From assembly GCF_018977255.1 (NCBI RefSeq), contig NW_024704742.1:34350001-34414000 (forward strand): a stretch of DNA of 64,000 bases, read 5' to 3'. The stretch's first letter is position 1. Each line of letters begins with the position of its first letter. A program made the translations under genes and the position numbers. Below the pieces are notes generated by a model. The model was not told the DNA's origin. It ran no database searches and saw only the letters and a program-made list of their open reading frames with translations. The stretch is from Callorhinchus milii (taxonomy: Eukaryota). Of the stretch, positions 61,739 to 64,000 are shown piece after piece.

Positions 61739-64000
61739 TGTGGGTTTGTGGCATTGTGAGTTGGGCCCCATCACTCCACCAGAAACTGAACCAGGAAATT
61801 GCTATAGTTACTGTTCGTCCTTTCATGCCATTTCGAGCAAAAAAAAAGAAAATAACACAATTGCAAGGTGTATTTTTTTAAAAAACCTCCTGTCGCAATT
61901 TTTAAGAAGCCTAAAAATGTGACCAGAACCAGCAAGTTATATCCCCTGTGCCGACCGATGCGCTGTCGATCGGTAATACAATTCTGAATGGTTCTGAATG
62001 TTGAATAACATTTTAAAATGTTTTCATGCCGCAGTCCTGGTCGGTTGCTGTACACCTGCCGATGGGTTAAAATTCTGATCATCGCCTCACTGGAATACAA
62101 TAAGATCCCAATAATGCAACGTTTGTATGTCCCGCTTGACCAAACGTTGTTTACAAGTGCACTTGCACACAGCAGGACTGGTTATTTACATTGCAATAAA
62201 TTGGCCATTTGCATATTGTGAGGTTCCAACTGAATTTATATTTATGGAACCGTAACCTGGATTGAAAATCATCAGTCGTTACCAGCGTCTGCTGAAGACT
62301 TGCTTGAATTCTGTTTTAATTTAAAGGGTGGGCAATGGTAAGTTGCTGTCCTCTTGATGATAGGACATCCTAAATTGTTCAGAGCGTTTCTTTGAACAAA
62401 TAGGCTATTCGACATACAAGCGAGACATTTGGAAGCAATAATGATTTATTACCGCAGATCCATTCATTATTATTTGTGTGCAGTTGTGTTAGCGGTTCCA
62501 TGAGCAGACATTCTGTAGCGTTATTCATTAGTATTCTGAGCATTGCTTTAAAGAAAAGGAAGAAATTGAAACCGAATAATGAGAGAGACATGTTTTTTCT
62601 CCTCCAAGTGATTTTTTTTTGCAGTAGCATTTAAAAATATTTAAGGCTGATCAGCGCAAAATGTAAATACGCTCTTGTTTTTAATACAAAATGTCTTCAA
62701 TTTTATAGCTTAAAAATGTCGATTATCGTAACAGCAAAAACATTTTAAACGATATTAATTTACAACACTGTTACTTGACCATTGTACACTTACATACATG
62801 CACATGCATCTCTGTATATGCACTTATCAGAGCCGCGACGTAACATGATATGAAATAACAGATGGAATTATGTTAATCCAGGCTTCAGGTGTTTGCAATA
62901 TGTACAGTATATGTGTGCGTGTGTGTGTATCTGTGTATATACCATGAACATCAAGTGATATACTAAAGCAGAAATGCGTCCACGTTTGCAGGAAATATTT
63001 TCGAAGTGCTGTATTCGGAATTTTATATATTTTTGAAGATCTGATTTTATTGCGGGCAGACGATTCCCACTGCTTGTGTGGAGGGGGTGGGGGTGGGGGG
63101 GGGAACTAGCGTTGTTGCAGGACACATACTCGTTGAGTTCCACATTAGGTTGGAAAAGCAGCAAAAAAACGATTACCATGATGATGACATGCAAACTCTC
63201 CGAAATTATCATAAGCAAACATTTGAAGCCTGGGCTAATAAAATCCCATCTGTGTTACTTCATATCGAGTTAGTCCACAGCTCTGATAATGAATTTTGTA
63301 ATATCCCACCGACAGACATCTCAATCAGGCACTAATCCTGCGATTTTACTGCTGAATCGCTAAATATCCAGCAGGCAAACTGCAGCGCTTTGGCCGTGCT
63401 TTCGCCTCTGGTTCAGAAAACAAGAAACAGATTAAATCGTGTGAAATCGCTGGTGTTTGGGATGAGGTTGGCCACGGGACACCGGCTGCCATGGCGCAGA
63501 GTTTCTCGTTGAAACGACTGCAACGTCGCTTTTGTCTGTCTGGTACATTTGTGTGTGGGGCCAATGCTGTAGGTGAGGTGTGAATCCACAAACAAATAAC
63601 ACGAGCAGAGTGATAGCGATTAGGGTAAAGGCACACGTACAACCAGGACACATGCAAATTGATGCATTTTATTCCAACGAAATCAGAATCACACCATGTA
63701 AGCCAGTGCGAGGGTTTGTCTGTACGGTTACAACTCGATAAGATTGCGTTTTGTAAATGTAGAGATTTCCAGTTCTACTGAGGGTGGGGGGGGGGGGTGG
63801 GGGGAGAGGATATTTCAACTCCAGGGCACAAAAAAATCGCCCACTTGGGCGGTTTCCTATCAGGAAATATTACACACAAGGTCACTTTGTTGTTTTGACT
63901 GTTTTTTCACCCCAATGCTACAGTCTCCCCCCCCCCCCCCTCCCTCCCCCCTCCCACCCCCCCACCACCACCAGTACGTTGTGGAATTACTGCAATTATA

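Larger units (their letters stand above)
54300..64000. promoter_or_regulatory. Transposon-poor, CpG-retaining domain (probable non-methylated island around a gene 5' end)
   Basis: By eye, CpG dinucleotides are more frequent than in 1-54 kb. No family A, Deu, L2 or CR1 copy was recognised, and microsatellites and G/C tracts are dense. Confidence 0.7.

Noticed and set aside
1..64000. CRISPR array, operon or prokaryotic defence system
   Set aside because: There are no regularly spaced repeat-spacer units and no gene-dense ORFs. The recurring ccttgcatttgatatagcgc motif is a dispersed SINE tail in vertebrate DNA.

Overview
This is AT-rich vertebrate genomic DNA, not prokaryotic. The repeat content (tRNA-Ala-headed SINE with (ATT)n tail, Deu-domain SINEs, L2 and CR1 LINE 3' ends, a shark-type Penelope hairpin) points to a cartilaginous fish, probably a chimaera or elephant shark (inference). 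I can support no intact protein-coding gene; the only ORFs with a recognisable family are decayed LINE ORF2 pieces. Bases 1 to about 54,100 are a transposon-dense intergenic or intronic region. It holds many SINE/LINE fragments, an RTE-clade RT fossil, a hAT end, a probable non-autonomous Helitron, a 200-bp fold-back element and six copies of an unclassified repeat (here 'family X'). One family X copy (46.0-47.1 kb) carries three nested insertions, including a TSD-flanked Penelope-type hairpin with hammerhead-ribozyme cores. From about 54,300 to the end I recognise no SINE/LINE copies, and the sequence is richer in CpG, microsatellites and G-tracts. This part contains a likely + strand promoter (CRE at 60,733, tandem ETS motifs) and non-coding first exons of an unidentified gene. 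All repeat assignments were made by eye from remembered consensus sequences, without a database search, and boundaries are approximate unless TSDs are cited. I found no convincing wholly new biological system.
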